Assembly: GCF_009914755.1 (NCBI RefSeq)
Contig: NC_060945.1
DNA length: 64,000 nucleotides
Origin: the human T2T-CHM13v2.0 reference genome, Homo sapiens
Direction: 5' to 3' (one strand)
The position numbers and the translations under genes were made by a program. The notes beneath the pieces are model-generated. The model did not search any database. It was not told the DNA's origin and saw only the letters and a program-made list of their open reading frames with translations. The number at the start of each line of letters is the position of its first letter. Position 1 is the first letter of the stretch. Below are positions 1 to 12,399 of this stretch, piece by piece.

Positions 1-252
1 CCGACAGTCATGGTGGAAGGCTAAGGAGAAGCAAGCACCTTCTTCACAAGGCAGCAGGAGAGAGCAAGAACAAAGGGAGAAGTGCCACTTTTAAACCATC
101 AGATCTCGTGAGAACTCACTCACTATCAAAAGAACACCATAGGGGAAACTGCCCCCATGATACAATCACCTCCCAGAAGGTCCCTCCCTGGACATGTGAG
201 GATTACAATTTGAGGTGAGATTTGGGTGGGGACAGAGAGCCGAATCATATCA
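1..252 (-). mobile_element. MaLR LTR, MSTA-like (cut by window start)
   Basis: Ends GAGATTTGGGTGGGGACAGAGAGCCGAATCATATCA, the reverse complement of the MST/THE1 5' terminus; internal AAACCATCAGATCTCGTGAGAACTCACTCACTATC is MSTA-typical. Confidence 0.85.
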
Positions 253-344
253 GTGCTCTCTGGTCATTTTTTCAGTGGTGTCCAATAAATTGCTTTTTCT
301 CCTCATCCTCCTCTTCCTCTTCCCTCTTCTTTCTCTCCCTCTCT

Positions 345-600
345 CTGTCTGCATGTCATGACAATATGAACTTATAGACTTTTATATGTACAATGTGCTT
401 CAATTGATACACCCATATTTTTCATGATGCTCAATTTTGTCTTTTATTTGGCCATTGACTTTCAGTGAGTGTGTTACTATGCCCCTTTGAACCAACTTAT
501 TGTTCTTTGAGTTTCTTGAATTCTAGCACAACAGGATGTCTCAGCCTCATTTTGTAAGTTTTCTTCTTCAGATCTAGAGTCAGCAATCCAATCAAAAAAA
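345..600 (-). mobile_element. Old L1 3' fragment (L1MC5/L1ME-like)
   Basis: Degenerate similarity to L1MC/ME 3' sequence (CACAACAGGATGTCTCAGCCTCATTTTGTA...GAGTCAGC). Confidence 0.5.
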
Positions 601-1269
601 TCAAAAATATTTTAATAGTTTCTGAAAGGCCACATCTATGTGCCATTTTATTTTGCTGTTCTTTGTTTGCTCTGATTCTTGCTTCAGTGTCTTAAGAATA
701 CCACTTTTTTCTCACATATACAGCCTCATGTATGTTTTAAAGAGCTTATTTAATTAAACTATCTATTGGTGGAAAATGAATATGTAAGAATAGAGAATAA
801 GACAAGACCTTTGGTTAATATTGAATAAGCAATAACTTATAATCCTTTCTTAATGTGCACTACTGTCATTTGGGAGGTGGTAGATATTGGTAGAGATAAT
901 ACTGCAGTAGACAACTTTAAAAATCTTTGTAAACATTTATTTCCCTGTAGTTATTTTTCAACTTGAAATTTTCCTTACTTCTGTGCCTGGTAGAGGCTAT
1001 ACAAACAATAAAATATCTAAACATTATTTTTGCAAAATGCTCTGACTTGTTTAAAATTACTCCCGGATACCCATTCCTCAAAAGCCATTGCTTATTCAAA
1101 GAGGAGAAGAGTTCTGGTAGCTACAACAAATGCCCCATTGCATTTCCTAACAATCTTCTCTTCTCATACACTGAAAATCAACTATTTTGTATCTATTTCC
1201 ATTACCTCGTAAGAATTCCTATACCTTGGAAGATGACAATTACTTTTCATATTAACACGCAGTTGTCAC

Positions 1270-1451
1270 GACATTGTGCAAGGCCACAAGCTTTGGAGCC
1301 AGGCAGACCTGTGTGTGAATTCAACAACTTACTATGAAGTCTTTGACAAGTCACTTAACTTCTCTAAATGTAAATTTCCACTTTTATTAAAAAAAAAGAT
1401 AAATCCATTTTGAAGCCTTTTATGAAAATTGACATCAACGTAAGCAAAGCA
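1270..1451 (+). mobile_element. MIR SINE
   Basis: GCTTTGGAGCCAGGCAGACCTG...GACAAGTCACTTAACTTCTCT MIR core. Confidence 0.75.
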
Positions 1452-2625
1452 AAATTCAGGAAAAATTTAACAAACTGTTATTATACATTAGTGTGGTTAT
1501 AACTTTCAATTAAACTAAGATACTAAGAGCAGACATTAAATTTCACCGTCTGATTGAAAGAGAAGGAAAGAAGTGTGTCACAGCCAAAGTGCAGCAGAGC
1601 AAAAGCCACAAAAATCTGGATTCTATACCTAGCACTACATCAAAGGAATTCTGTAGCAAAGCCTTCCAAACTCAAATGGTTTCTTCTTCTTCATCTACAA
1701 AACAAAACAGATATAACTAGTTTTTCTCAACATTTGTCATATAACAGCACAGAAAAACAAATGGAAGGTGGCTAAAGGACCCACTAGTAATCCCCAAGTT
1801 CCCAACAGTTGACAATATGTCAACTGTTTAACATAAAACATCCACAGCCATTCATGGAATATCTGTATGTAACCACATACAAGATGTGAAGCTCTGGTCT
1901 GGAAGACATCTGAAGTCCCTCTATCTCAATGATATTTGTGATGGAAATGTAAGAGCAGGGAATGGCAACATTAGAATAGGAAACAGGGAACACGTTTCAA
2001 GCTAGATAGAGGTCAATGTAATCTTTATATTCAAATCTTATAGATTGCTGCATAAAATTATAGCATAGACCTCAGACCTCACCATATCCCCAGATAGCAC
2101 TTCCTAAAGTTAGATTGAAAAAAGATAAATCATATAGTCCTTTTTATTGCAAAAGAATGAGTCTTAGCTTAATAAGTAATCATTTATTGTCCCAAGTCTA
2201 TTGCCAAAATTTCCTGAAAGATAGATGTAAAGTTATGAATTTCATAGAAGCATAATTAACACAATTAGAAGCATAATTAGCTAAACACAAAAATACTTAT
2301 TTTGGAAATAATTCATAGAAAGGATTAACATCTTATCTATTATTTGGTAGGTCTAGGTAACATTTTATCCCCATTTTTAAACATCCACTACCAAAGGAAG
2401 AGAGAGACAGAGTGAGAGAAAGGGAGAGAGAGAAACTCTAACAAGATGCACATTTTTGTGACAAACAATAAGTATCTTACCTTTTCAGAGACTGATTTTG
2501 AATGATAGTTAGGGAGAAACGTATTTGTTACGTAAAGACTTACAGAAATATGTTGCTTTTGAAATACTGAAATTTCAAGCTTTATCTGGTGATAGCTTTT
2601 ACTGTTTCTTGCAACCAAAGTAGAA

Positions 2626-2631
2626 TTTGAC

Positions 2632-2681
<50 letters not shown>

Positions 2682-2687
2682 GTCAAA
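2626..2687. repeat. Perfect 62-bp palindrome TTTGACAAGGG-(AT)20-CCCTTGTCAAA
   Basis: The 11-bp arms are exact reverse complements and flank a self-complementary (AT)20. Confidence 0.97.
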
Positions 2688-3488
2688 GATGATAGCTTCT
2701 TTTGTTTTATGGAAGCTCTTTAGTTTAATTAGATCCCATTTGTCAATTTTGCTTTTCGTTGAAATTGCTTTTGGTGTTTTAGTCATGAAGCCTTTGCCCA
2801 TGCCTATGTCCTAAATGGTATGGCCTAGGTTTTCTTCTAGAGTTTTTATGGATTTAGGTGTTATGTTTAAATCTTTAATCACTCGAGTTAATTTTCATAT
2901 AAGGTGTAAGGAAGGGGTACAGTTTCAGTTTTCTGCATATGGCTAGCCAGTTTTCCCAACACCATTTATTAAATAGGGAATCCTTTCCCCATTGCTTGTT
3001 TTTGTCAGGTTTGTCAAAGATCAGATGGCTGTAGATGCGTGGTTTTATTTTTGAGGCCTCTGTTCAGTTCTGTTGGTCTATATATCTGTTTTGGTACCAG
3101 TACCATGCTGTTTTGGTTACTGTAGCCTTGTAGTATAGTTTGAAGTCAGGTTGCGTGATGCCTCCAGCTTTGTTCTTTTTGCTTAGGATTGTCTTGGCTA
3201 TATAAGCTCTAAAAAAAGAGTAAATTTCATATGGTTCCATATGAAATTTAAAGTAGTTTTTCTAATTCTGTGAAGAAAGTCAATGTTAGCTTGATGGAAA
3301 TAGCATTGAATCTATAAATTACTTTGGGTAGTGTGGCCATTTTCACGATATTAATTCTTCCTATCCATGAGCATGGAATGTTTTCCCATTTGTTTGTGTC
3401 CTCTCTCATTTCCTTGAGCAGTGGTTTGTAGTTCTCCTTGAAAATATTCTTCACATCCCTTGTAAGTTGTATTCATAGGTGTTTTATT

Positions 3489-3490
<2 letters not shown>
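2688..3490 (-). mobile_element. L1PA ORF2 segment (non-inverted part of a twin-primed insertion; 3' end missing)
   Basis: Minus-strand ORFs read [11 protein letters not shown]...[13 protein letters not shown] and [35 protein letters not shown], both L1 ORF2p sequence. Confidence 0.95.
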
Positions 3491-4256
<766 letters not shown>

Positions 4257-4842
4257 GGTTTTTTTTTCTTTTTTTTAAAATTATACTTTAAGTTCTGGGT
4301 TACATGTGCAGAACACATAGTTTTGTTACATAGGTATAAACACATGCCATGGTGGTTTGCTGCACCCATCAACCCGTCACCTACATTAGGTATTTCTCCT
4401 GATGTTATCCCTCCACTACCCCCGCCAACCCAAACAGGCCCTGGTGTGTGATGTTCCTTTCCCTGTGTCCACATGTTCTCTTTGTTCAACTCCCACTTGT
4501 GAGTGAGAAAATGTGGTGTTTGGTTTTCTGATCTCGTGATAGTTTGCTGAGAATGATGGTTTCCGGCTTCATCCATGTCCCTGCAAAGGACATGAACTCT
4601 TCCTTTTTATGGCTGCATAGTATTCCATGCTGTATTTGTGCCACATTTTCTTAATCCAGTCTATCATTGATGGACATTTGGTTTGGTTCCAAGTCTTTGT
4701 TATTGTGAATAGTGCTGCAAAAAACATACATGTGCATGTGTCTTTATAGCAGAATAATTTATAATCCTTTGGGTATATGCCCAGTAATGGGATTGCTGGG
4801 TCAGATGGTATTTCTAGTTCTAGATCCTTGAGGAATCACCAA
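4257..4842 (-). mobile_element. 5'-truncated L1PA7-like 3' end
   Basis: Poly-T followed by TTATACTTTAAGTTCTGGG...CCATCAACCCGTCACCTACATTAGG, i.e. L1PA 3'UTR and end of ORF2. Confidence 0.92.
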
Positions 4843-4913
4843 GTTTTTAAGAAGTTTAAGAAATGTGTTTTAGAAATTAGTAATTTGCAGATACAATAGA
4901 GAAGAAAAATGTT

Positions 4914-4968
4914 TGCTAGTAGGGAAAGGGTCTATCATTTCCCTATAATGCTAGTAGGGAAAGGGTCT
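4914..4968. repeat. 20-bp direct duplication with a 15-bp spacer containing an inverted copy
   Basis: TGCTAGTAGGGAAAGGGTCT at 4914-4933 and 4949-4968; spacer contains TTTCCCTA, the reverse complement of TAGGGAAA. Confidence 0.9.
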
Positions 4969-5410
4969 CTGCACCTCAACTTCATCTGTAAAAGTGTGTG
5001 GCATAGGACTGGTTAATCTCAAGGTTTTTACCTCTTTTTCCAAATTCCTGTAGAAAACTACAGTGAATAAAAGATGGCTTTAAACTTTGTAAGCAAACTA
5101 GAATAAATTACATGTTTAAGCTGTCTGATGAAATGAAACTAAATGAAAAAAGGTATTTAATTTAAAAGAATATTTTATGAGTACAAATAAAATTGTCATT
5201 TTTTTAAAATTAGTAGCCCTTTAAGGTTTGAATTTAATAGATATAAGTCTGTATCAAAAGATATAACTGGCGTCTTCTACAAAACAAATTTCAGGAGAAG
5301 GCCTGATCACCAGCCCCAGAGAGCACTCCACATTAGCTCCATCATGCTGATGACTCCAGAATAGTGCATTTTTTTCCACCTAAAATGAAATTATTTCCCT
5401 GATAAGACTT

Positions 5411-5776
5411 TGATATGGTTTTGCTCTGTATCCCCACCCAACTCTCCTCTTGTAGCTCCCATAATTCCCACGTGTTGTGGGAGGGACCTGGTGGGAACTG
5501 ATTGAATCATGGGGGCAGGTCTTTCCTGTGCTGTTCTCGTGATAGTGAATGGGTATCATGAGATCTGATGGTTTTAAAAACAGGAATTTCTCTGCACAAG
5601 CTCTCTCTTTGCCTGCTGCCATCCACATAAGATGTGACTTGCTCCTCCTTGCCTTCCTCCATGATTGTTAGGCCTCCCCAGCCATGTGGAACTGTAAGTC
5701 CAGTAAACCTCTTTATTTTGTAAATCGCCCAGTCTCAAGTATGTCCTTATCAGCAGCATGAAAACAGACTAATACA
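5411..5776 (+). mobile_element. THE1 (THE1B-like) solo LTR
   Basis: TGATATGGTT...CAGACTAATACA termini; perfect 5-bp TSD GACTT at 5406-5410 and 5777-5781. Confidence 0.95.
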
Positions 5777-6319
5777 GACTTCATGACACTAGGAAGGGCA
5801 CATGGCTCTAATGTCTCTTTGCATTCGGTACAGTACAAATTTGGTATAAAAAAAGACATGCCATGAGAGAACCAACAATGTCAGCTCTCCAAATTTCTCT
5901 TTTTGTTGATGCAGCATTTATATACCAAGTTATCCAGAATGGCCTGAGGCTGTATCAGTCTTTAGCCTGATGTTTTGTGTGATAAAACTAAAATAGTCTA
6001 TATTTTTATGCAATTGGCCAAACCAAAATACTCACACACTGATATATTGATTCTTCCAGGCCACCAGGCACAGCCTGGAAGGGCTAGAGATCTTAGCTCT
6101 CTCTCCTCCAGCTGTGTAATATGTCAATGTGTCATAAAAATATCAGATTATCTATGTACTATGATGAGATAAAGATTGGGAGCCATGGTGCTGGGATGAC
6201 AACCTCTGAAGAGCAAATGTTTGAAGCAGTTTTTAGAATAAAAAAAATAAGAGACAATTTTCTTCTCAATTTCTTAATGGTAATTGTTTCTTTTCAGGGA
6301 ATAACATCACTGTCATTTT

Positions 6320-7870
6320 TTTAAAAATTGAGACAAAACTTACATATAGTAAATGTACAATATAGCTCAATAACTTTTTACATATAGACACATCTATAGA
6401 ACCACCATCCAAATGAAGATACAAATTTCTAGTGCTTCAGAAGACCACGTTGTGTCCCTCTCAGCCAGTACCATCTCCACCTCCAACCCAAGGTAATCAC
6501 TATTCTATCATCATGTATTGTTTTGCCTGTTTTATTTTAATGTAAATTATATCATGCAGCATATACTTTAAAAATCTGACTTCTTTTATTCAACATTATG
6601 TCTGAGATTCATTCATGGTCTAGTATATTCTTCTTCATATGATGTGGCATCCTGTTATGTAACTATTCCATAATTTATTTACCCTTGCTACTATTGATTG
6701 AGAATGGTTATTTTCCCCTATTTCAGTCCTCATGAATGAAGCTCCTCTGAGCATTCCTATATACCTTTTGATGGAAATATGCACTAATTTCTCTTTGGTT
6801 TTATACAAACATATATATACATATGTATATATGTATATATACACACGTATGTATATATGTATATATGTATATATACATACATATGTATATATGTATATAT
6901 ATACACACATATATATACACACACATATATATATAACTAAGATAAGAACATGTCTATCTATCTACCTCTCTATATAAGAATAGAAAATTGGGTAATGGGT
7001 TAGGTGTATGCCTAGCTTTTGTAGATATTGGCATATCATTTTCTAAAGTGATTGCATCCCATCAACAATGAAGGAGAATTCTAGCTGTTTCATATCACCA
7101 TCAAATCTTGGTATTGTTCATCTTTAATGTTTTGTTCTGATGTGTGTCTTAACTGGGGCTTTACCAATATTGAGGCCCTTTTCATATGATTCTTAGCCAT
7201 TTTGACACTATGAAATGTGTGTTAAAATTGATCACACATCTCTAATTAAGTTATCTGCTTTTTTTTTTTGTATGAGTTCCTTATTCTGTTGATAAGTAAT
7301 TTGACAAATAAATACATGTTACAAAAATCTTTTCCCAGCCTGTGGCTAACTTCTCATCCTCTTAATTTTATCACTTTATAAACAGAAGTTCTCAACTTCA
7401 ATGTAATCCAATTTGTTAATCTTTTTTTTTTTTTTTTGCATTTTTTGTGTCTTATTAAGAAATCTTTACTCATTTCGAAGTCGTGAAGATATTCTCCATG
7501 CTTTATTCTAGAAGTTTTATTGATTTAGCTTTTACACTTTAGGTCTGTGATCCATCTCAAATTCAGTTCTGTGTTTGATGTGAGGTAGGAGTTGAGGTTC
7601 TTTTTTGTTTTTCATTGATATATCCAATTAACCCAGCACAATTTTTTAAGAAGACCACTGATTCCTATAGAAATTCATGACACACTTATCATATCAAGGC
7701 ACTATTTTAGCGTGGATATATTTTTGGAATAGCCATAATTCCACTTGTCTTTGTGCAAATATTATACTTTCTTAATTACTACAGCTTTAGAGTAAGTCCT
7801 CCTATCTGGTACAGCTCTGCTGTTTTTCCTTAATAATATCTTGGCTATCTTAGGTTCTTAAGTATATATT
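6320..7870 (-). mobile_element. Old L1 3' region (L1ME-like), interrupted by a TA/CA microsatellite
   Basis: L1ME 3' end motifs (ACCACCATCCAAATGAAGATACA..., AGGTAATCACTATTCT) and decayed ORF2 antisense (GGTCTGTGATCCATCTCAAATT, CCCAGCACAATTTTTTAAGAAGAC). Confidence 0.75.
6809..6975. repeat. Compound (TA)/(TATG)/(CA) microsatellite
   Basis: Directly visible low-complexity alternating purine-pyrimidine tract. Confidence 0.9.
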
Positions 7871-8764
7871 TTTAAAGCATTAGATTAAAAATCTAAAGAA
7901 AAGTTTGAGTTTCATTTAGCCACTGACTACACATTACCTCATGAAAGAATTTAACTTCCCTTTCTGTTTCCTCACTTGTAAAATGTGCAGTGCTTGAATT
8001 AGACAATCCCAAAGACTTTTGCATTTGTGATTTTCTGGCCCAATTCACACAGAAAGGGACAGCAACTAATATTCATAAATAAACCACAGGAAACCTCCAT
8101 TGAACGGATGATGGCCTAAATGCAGTCAATTTTTTTCTTCACAAATGTTATTTCACATTTAAAATAATGCATTTTGAAACTGGGGTTAGAGACTACTTGT
8201 TTAATATAATATCAACAGATTTACAAATTCATTGTATTTCTAATTGCCTCTTTAAAATGTGACAAAACACATTGCTTTTATTGTAAAATTTTGATAATAT
8301 TCAAAACATTGGCTCACATATATTTCTCTATTCCTAGGACAAAAATGAAAGTCTGCAATAATCAGCACCACTCTACCTCTCCAAATAGGATCTTTAACCC
8401 AAACCCATCCTCTTCATTTTACCAGACTTATACCACAATGCCATAATTTGTTTTGCTCTCAAAATTTTCCTAATTCCTCATGCCTAAAATATTCTCCTGC
8501 TTTATTTTCACCAATTCACACCTAATAGTTTCTTTACAAATCATATCTGCCTGTCTTTCTTGAGTCACTTTTTTCTACTCACTTTTGTACTTTGTACTCA
8601 TCCACCTGCACTGCATTACATAGTCTATCTCTATACACAAATTTATTAAACATTTTATTCTCATCTCCCTACTTAGATTCTAAGCTTCTATTTTGAATGG
8701 TCAGATGTGGAGTACTGAGTTTAGTATTATGCAACTATAGCTAGATCTTTGGGAAGAACACTTA

Positions 8765-8915
8765 GGTTGTGAGTACCTCCTCTGTGCCAGTCATGTGTTC
8801 TCTCATTTCACGATAGCCCTGTGAGGTATATCCGTCTCATTTTTAAAATGAGAAAATGATATTTATTAAAATTAGGTAACATCCTCAGTGTCACTTGTAG
8901 CATCTGAGCCTTTCC
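8765..8915 (-). mobile_element. MIR SINE
   Basis: GAGTACCTCCTCTGTGCCAG...GCCCTGTGAGGTAT...CATTTTTAAAATGAGAAAA. Confidence 0.65.
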
Positions 8916-9524
8916 TGCCATCATGGAAATGGGGATGCTAACAAATTGGCTCAGAAGGCCCAGCTGACCATTGGGATGGGGAGGAGGGGGTCCTACAGGG
9001 CACAGACTAGGAACAAAGGAGCGCTTCTTATCAGAGACAAGAGGCACTGGGGCCAGAAAAGCAGACTAAGCAAGAAGTGATACAATCAGGTCAACGTCTG
9101 GGCTGAGAGATATAAGATAGATGCCAAAGCCAGAGGAGCAGAGTGTGAAACAGGGAGATAAAATGGAGCAGAGCCTGCTTTGAAATGCAGAGATGCGATT
9201 GAAAGAGGGAGGATGTACAGCAACAGAAAAGGCAGCAGGTGATTAATAGGCATTTTCTGGATGCAAAAATTAATAAATAAAAGAATAACTTATAAGGGAT
9301 AAATGAGAGAGTGGCAACAAAACCATATTTAAACATTTGCAACCTGGGTAACTGGCAAATTATTAGTATGATTTAATAGAATTAGAGAATTCGGAAGAAA
9401 ATGAAAGCTTGAGTAGTGCACATCGAAATGCATTTTGGATGGGACATTTAGCCATCAATGTTTAACAGGCAATTGAAAATGTATGGAGCTCAGAAGAAAA
9501 GTAGATACTGGAGTCTGCAGCTTA

Positions 9525-9820
9525 CAAAATGCTTTACAATATTTTACCTTATTCTCTAAAATAACTAATAAAAAAACTGGGGTTGAGAAAAGTTGAGTAA
9601 CCCCCACAAAGTGGCACAGTTAATGGGTGGATAACCTAGAATTTGAATTCAGGCTTCTTACCATAAAGTTGAGTGACTTCCCCAAAGTGGCACAGTTAAT
9701 GGGTGGATAATCTGGAATTTGAATTCAGGCTTCTTATCATAAAGTTCAGTGGTGGATAATCTAGAATTCGAATTCAGGCTCTTACCATAAAGTTCAGTGC
9801 TCATTTTATTACATTTTACT
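9525..9820 (-). mobile_element. MIR fragment with internal tandem duplications (~76 bp and ~48 bp)
   Basis: MIR-like AAGTTGAGTGACTTCCCCAAAGTGGCACAG...GAATTTGAATTCAGGC repeated about 2.6 times at 9589-9798. Confidence 0.75.
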
Positions 9821-12399
9821 GCCTTTCATATAAGAACGAGCAAATCATCTAAAGAAAAAGAGGGTGTCAGATACAGGATTCTATTTGGGCTGCAAATATG
9901 ATAATGCCTTATGCTAACGTGCATAGCTTCGGGTGACAACAAACTGAAATTTATCAAAAACAGGTTGACCTCCCCCTTGTGAAGGATTTTTTTTATTCAT
10001 TCCAAGAGTTGCTTGCTTATTGCAATTTTGCCTGCTGGTGTGGACATAGCTGAGAGCATCACCTGCCTGCCAAAAAAAGTAAATATGCTGGAAGCTGTTA
10101 AGTGGATTAAAACTTGGTACCACAAAGTAGTGCCCAATAACATAGTCAGAAATTCCACCTCAGCCAAAGATGTTCCTAAAAACTCAAAAACAAAAAGGAG
10201 AGGAAAGAACATTTTAGGAGGATTTATGAGGTAGAAGATACGAAGAAATTATACAATATACAAGCAAAGAAAACAAATTTTTGAAAATTTGCCAGATAGC
10301 TGGAAGCCAAAATTGTGAAAAGAAAAATCCCTATGAGAACTGCTAGTTTTATAAAATATTCTGGGAATTTAAGAAAAGGTAAATTAAATAAATTATGCAT
10401 TAGTTATATTATAATTATGCTGCTGAGCTGGCATCCTTATTTTCTCCAAATTCTATCAATCAGTCAAAGAAAGTCACAGTGCATGGTCAGATTCAAAGTC
10501 ACATTGCAATGGATGTAAACACAGACACCAAGAACAATTGCAGTCATTTTGTTGTCAGCCTGCAACTACCAGTAACCAGTGGTTTGATTTCAGGCAGTTC
10601 ATTTCTCTTGGCCTCAGTTTCTTTATCTCCAAGATATGACTTAGGACTTTCTCTGTAGGATTCCTTACACTCCTCTGTTCCTAAAGCAACAACTTTCAAA
10701 ACTGCCTTACAGGCAAATTAGAGGACTTTTCTGTATCTCAAAAAATACATATATATATAAACAAAGTGACATGTAGTTGCTTCAGTACGTGTAAAGTTAC
10801 TTATTAAAAAGCAAAAATGCCATATAGAACATAAAAAGTGAAATAGGAAGATGAAATAAAATCAAACAACATTAAGTTACTATTGCAAGTCGCAAATGAT
10901 TGAAGATGGCTTGTTTAGCTGTTTGCCAACACTAAACCAAATTGTCCACTTCATGTCCTAAATGGCCCAGCTTGGCACTGGATCATAACCCATATTCCAC
11001 TTTATAGATTTTTCTTCATCAGTAATTCAGGGTGTGAAAGTGATCGATATTAGAATTACTCAGACTGTTAATATCGTTTAAATTAAATGGTTAATTGCTT
11101 CATTTTCTATTTTACTTGGACCATGAAGATTGAACCAATTTTATGAAGCCCAAACTTTAGACAAGCAGGTAGTAAGTGAAGGAAGTCAGTCACCAGCCAA
11201 CAGCACTTCCTGTTTTCATATGCGGATAAGCAGACTCTCGTTAGAAACCCCAACTGCCAGAGAAGACAAAATGCTTTACTTCTCTCAGACTGACGAGGAA
11301 ACAGTGGCTAACATAGAAATTGTTATTGTCCAGAAATAAAAACAAGCTTTCTTTAAATGCTAAGGAAAAAAATAAAGATTTAGTATTTTCCTCTGGTTTC
11401 ATTTGCAAACATCTGTATGCACTGTTTTTCTTCAGGATACACAGTTGAAATGTCATATTACTGGAATCTGGAGATCACTTTGATTAAATTTTGCCTTGCA
11501 TAAAGCAGGCTAAAAGAAGTTAACCCTAACTGCCTCCACCAATAAGAAAGAATGTATCTGAATTCAGCACAAATGGAAACTTGTAATGTTCTACAGTCAG
11601 GTGAGAATGAGGAAATGCTCAGATCTAAAAGGAGCTGTTGCTGTAAGGAAACCATTTCCTTGATATCTGCATGTTCATCATCTTAAGTCTCAGGCCCCCA
11701 GACAGCTGTCTCTTCAACTTCAGGAAATTAGACGCCAAAAAGAAGACCTGAAAAACTGAAACATGCTAAGCCTGTACGTTGCACAGGGGCCAGGCAAAAC
11801 TATATTTAGGATTAATTTTGAGAGCTCTGGGTGGTTTTTGTTTTCTGTGTTGTGTTGTTGTTTTTAATTTGCAGGGAAGCCTGGATGTTAGAGTGATTCG
11901 TGTACACATCTTAGGTAGAGAAGCTAATAAGTAGATGTAAAGAAGTAAAACCGAATTCATTAAAACCTAGAGCATTCATTGACTTGTTTATTGCTGAGTG
12001 CTGAGTAGCAATCCACACACGGTGCAGTATTTATTTTTTTCAAAACAGAAACCCCCATAACCTATATGATGTTAACAAAGGGAAATTGCAAAACAATAAC
12101 AAAAAAAGCATTTTGGAAAATAAACTCATTTTCTTCGCATTCTTCTTTCCATTGCTTCTGAAAATGTTTGAAAATCAGTAGCATTATAAACTTTACAGTC
12201 TCATTTCCCAAATTGGCTTTCTTCTTTTTCTCCTCCCAATCCTTGGTTATATTTGTCACCTTCTGTTTCTATAGCACATGGCTGAAGACCTAGCATTGCA
12301 TCTGCAACAAGTACTCTGACTTTCTTCATGAATATAAGTTTACAGGAATGCCTGTATAAAAAAAAAAACCCATAGTAAGAGATTACAAATATCACATCC

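Noticed and set aside
2245-2279. 14-bp direct repeat TAGAAGCATAATTA, and a similar small repeat at 62281-62330
   Set aside because: These are ordinary micro-duplications in AT-rich DNA with no further structure.
9589-9798. Repeat arrays here and at 43591-43670 considered as CRISPR-like
   Set aside because: This is primate DNA; the units are tandem duplications without unique spacers and there are no cas genes.
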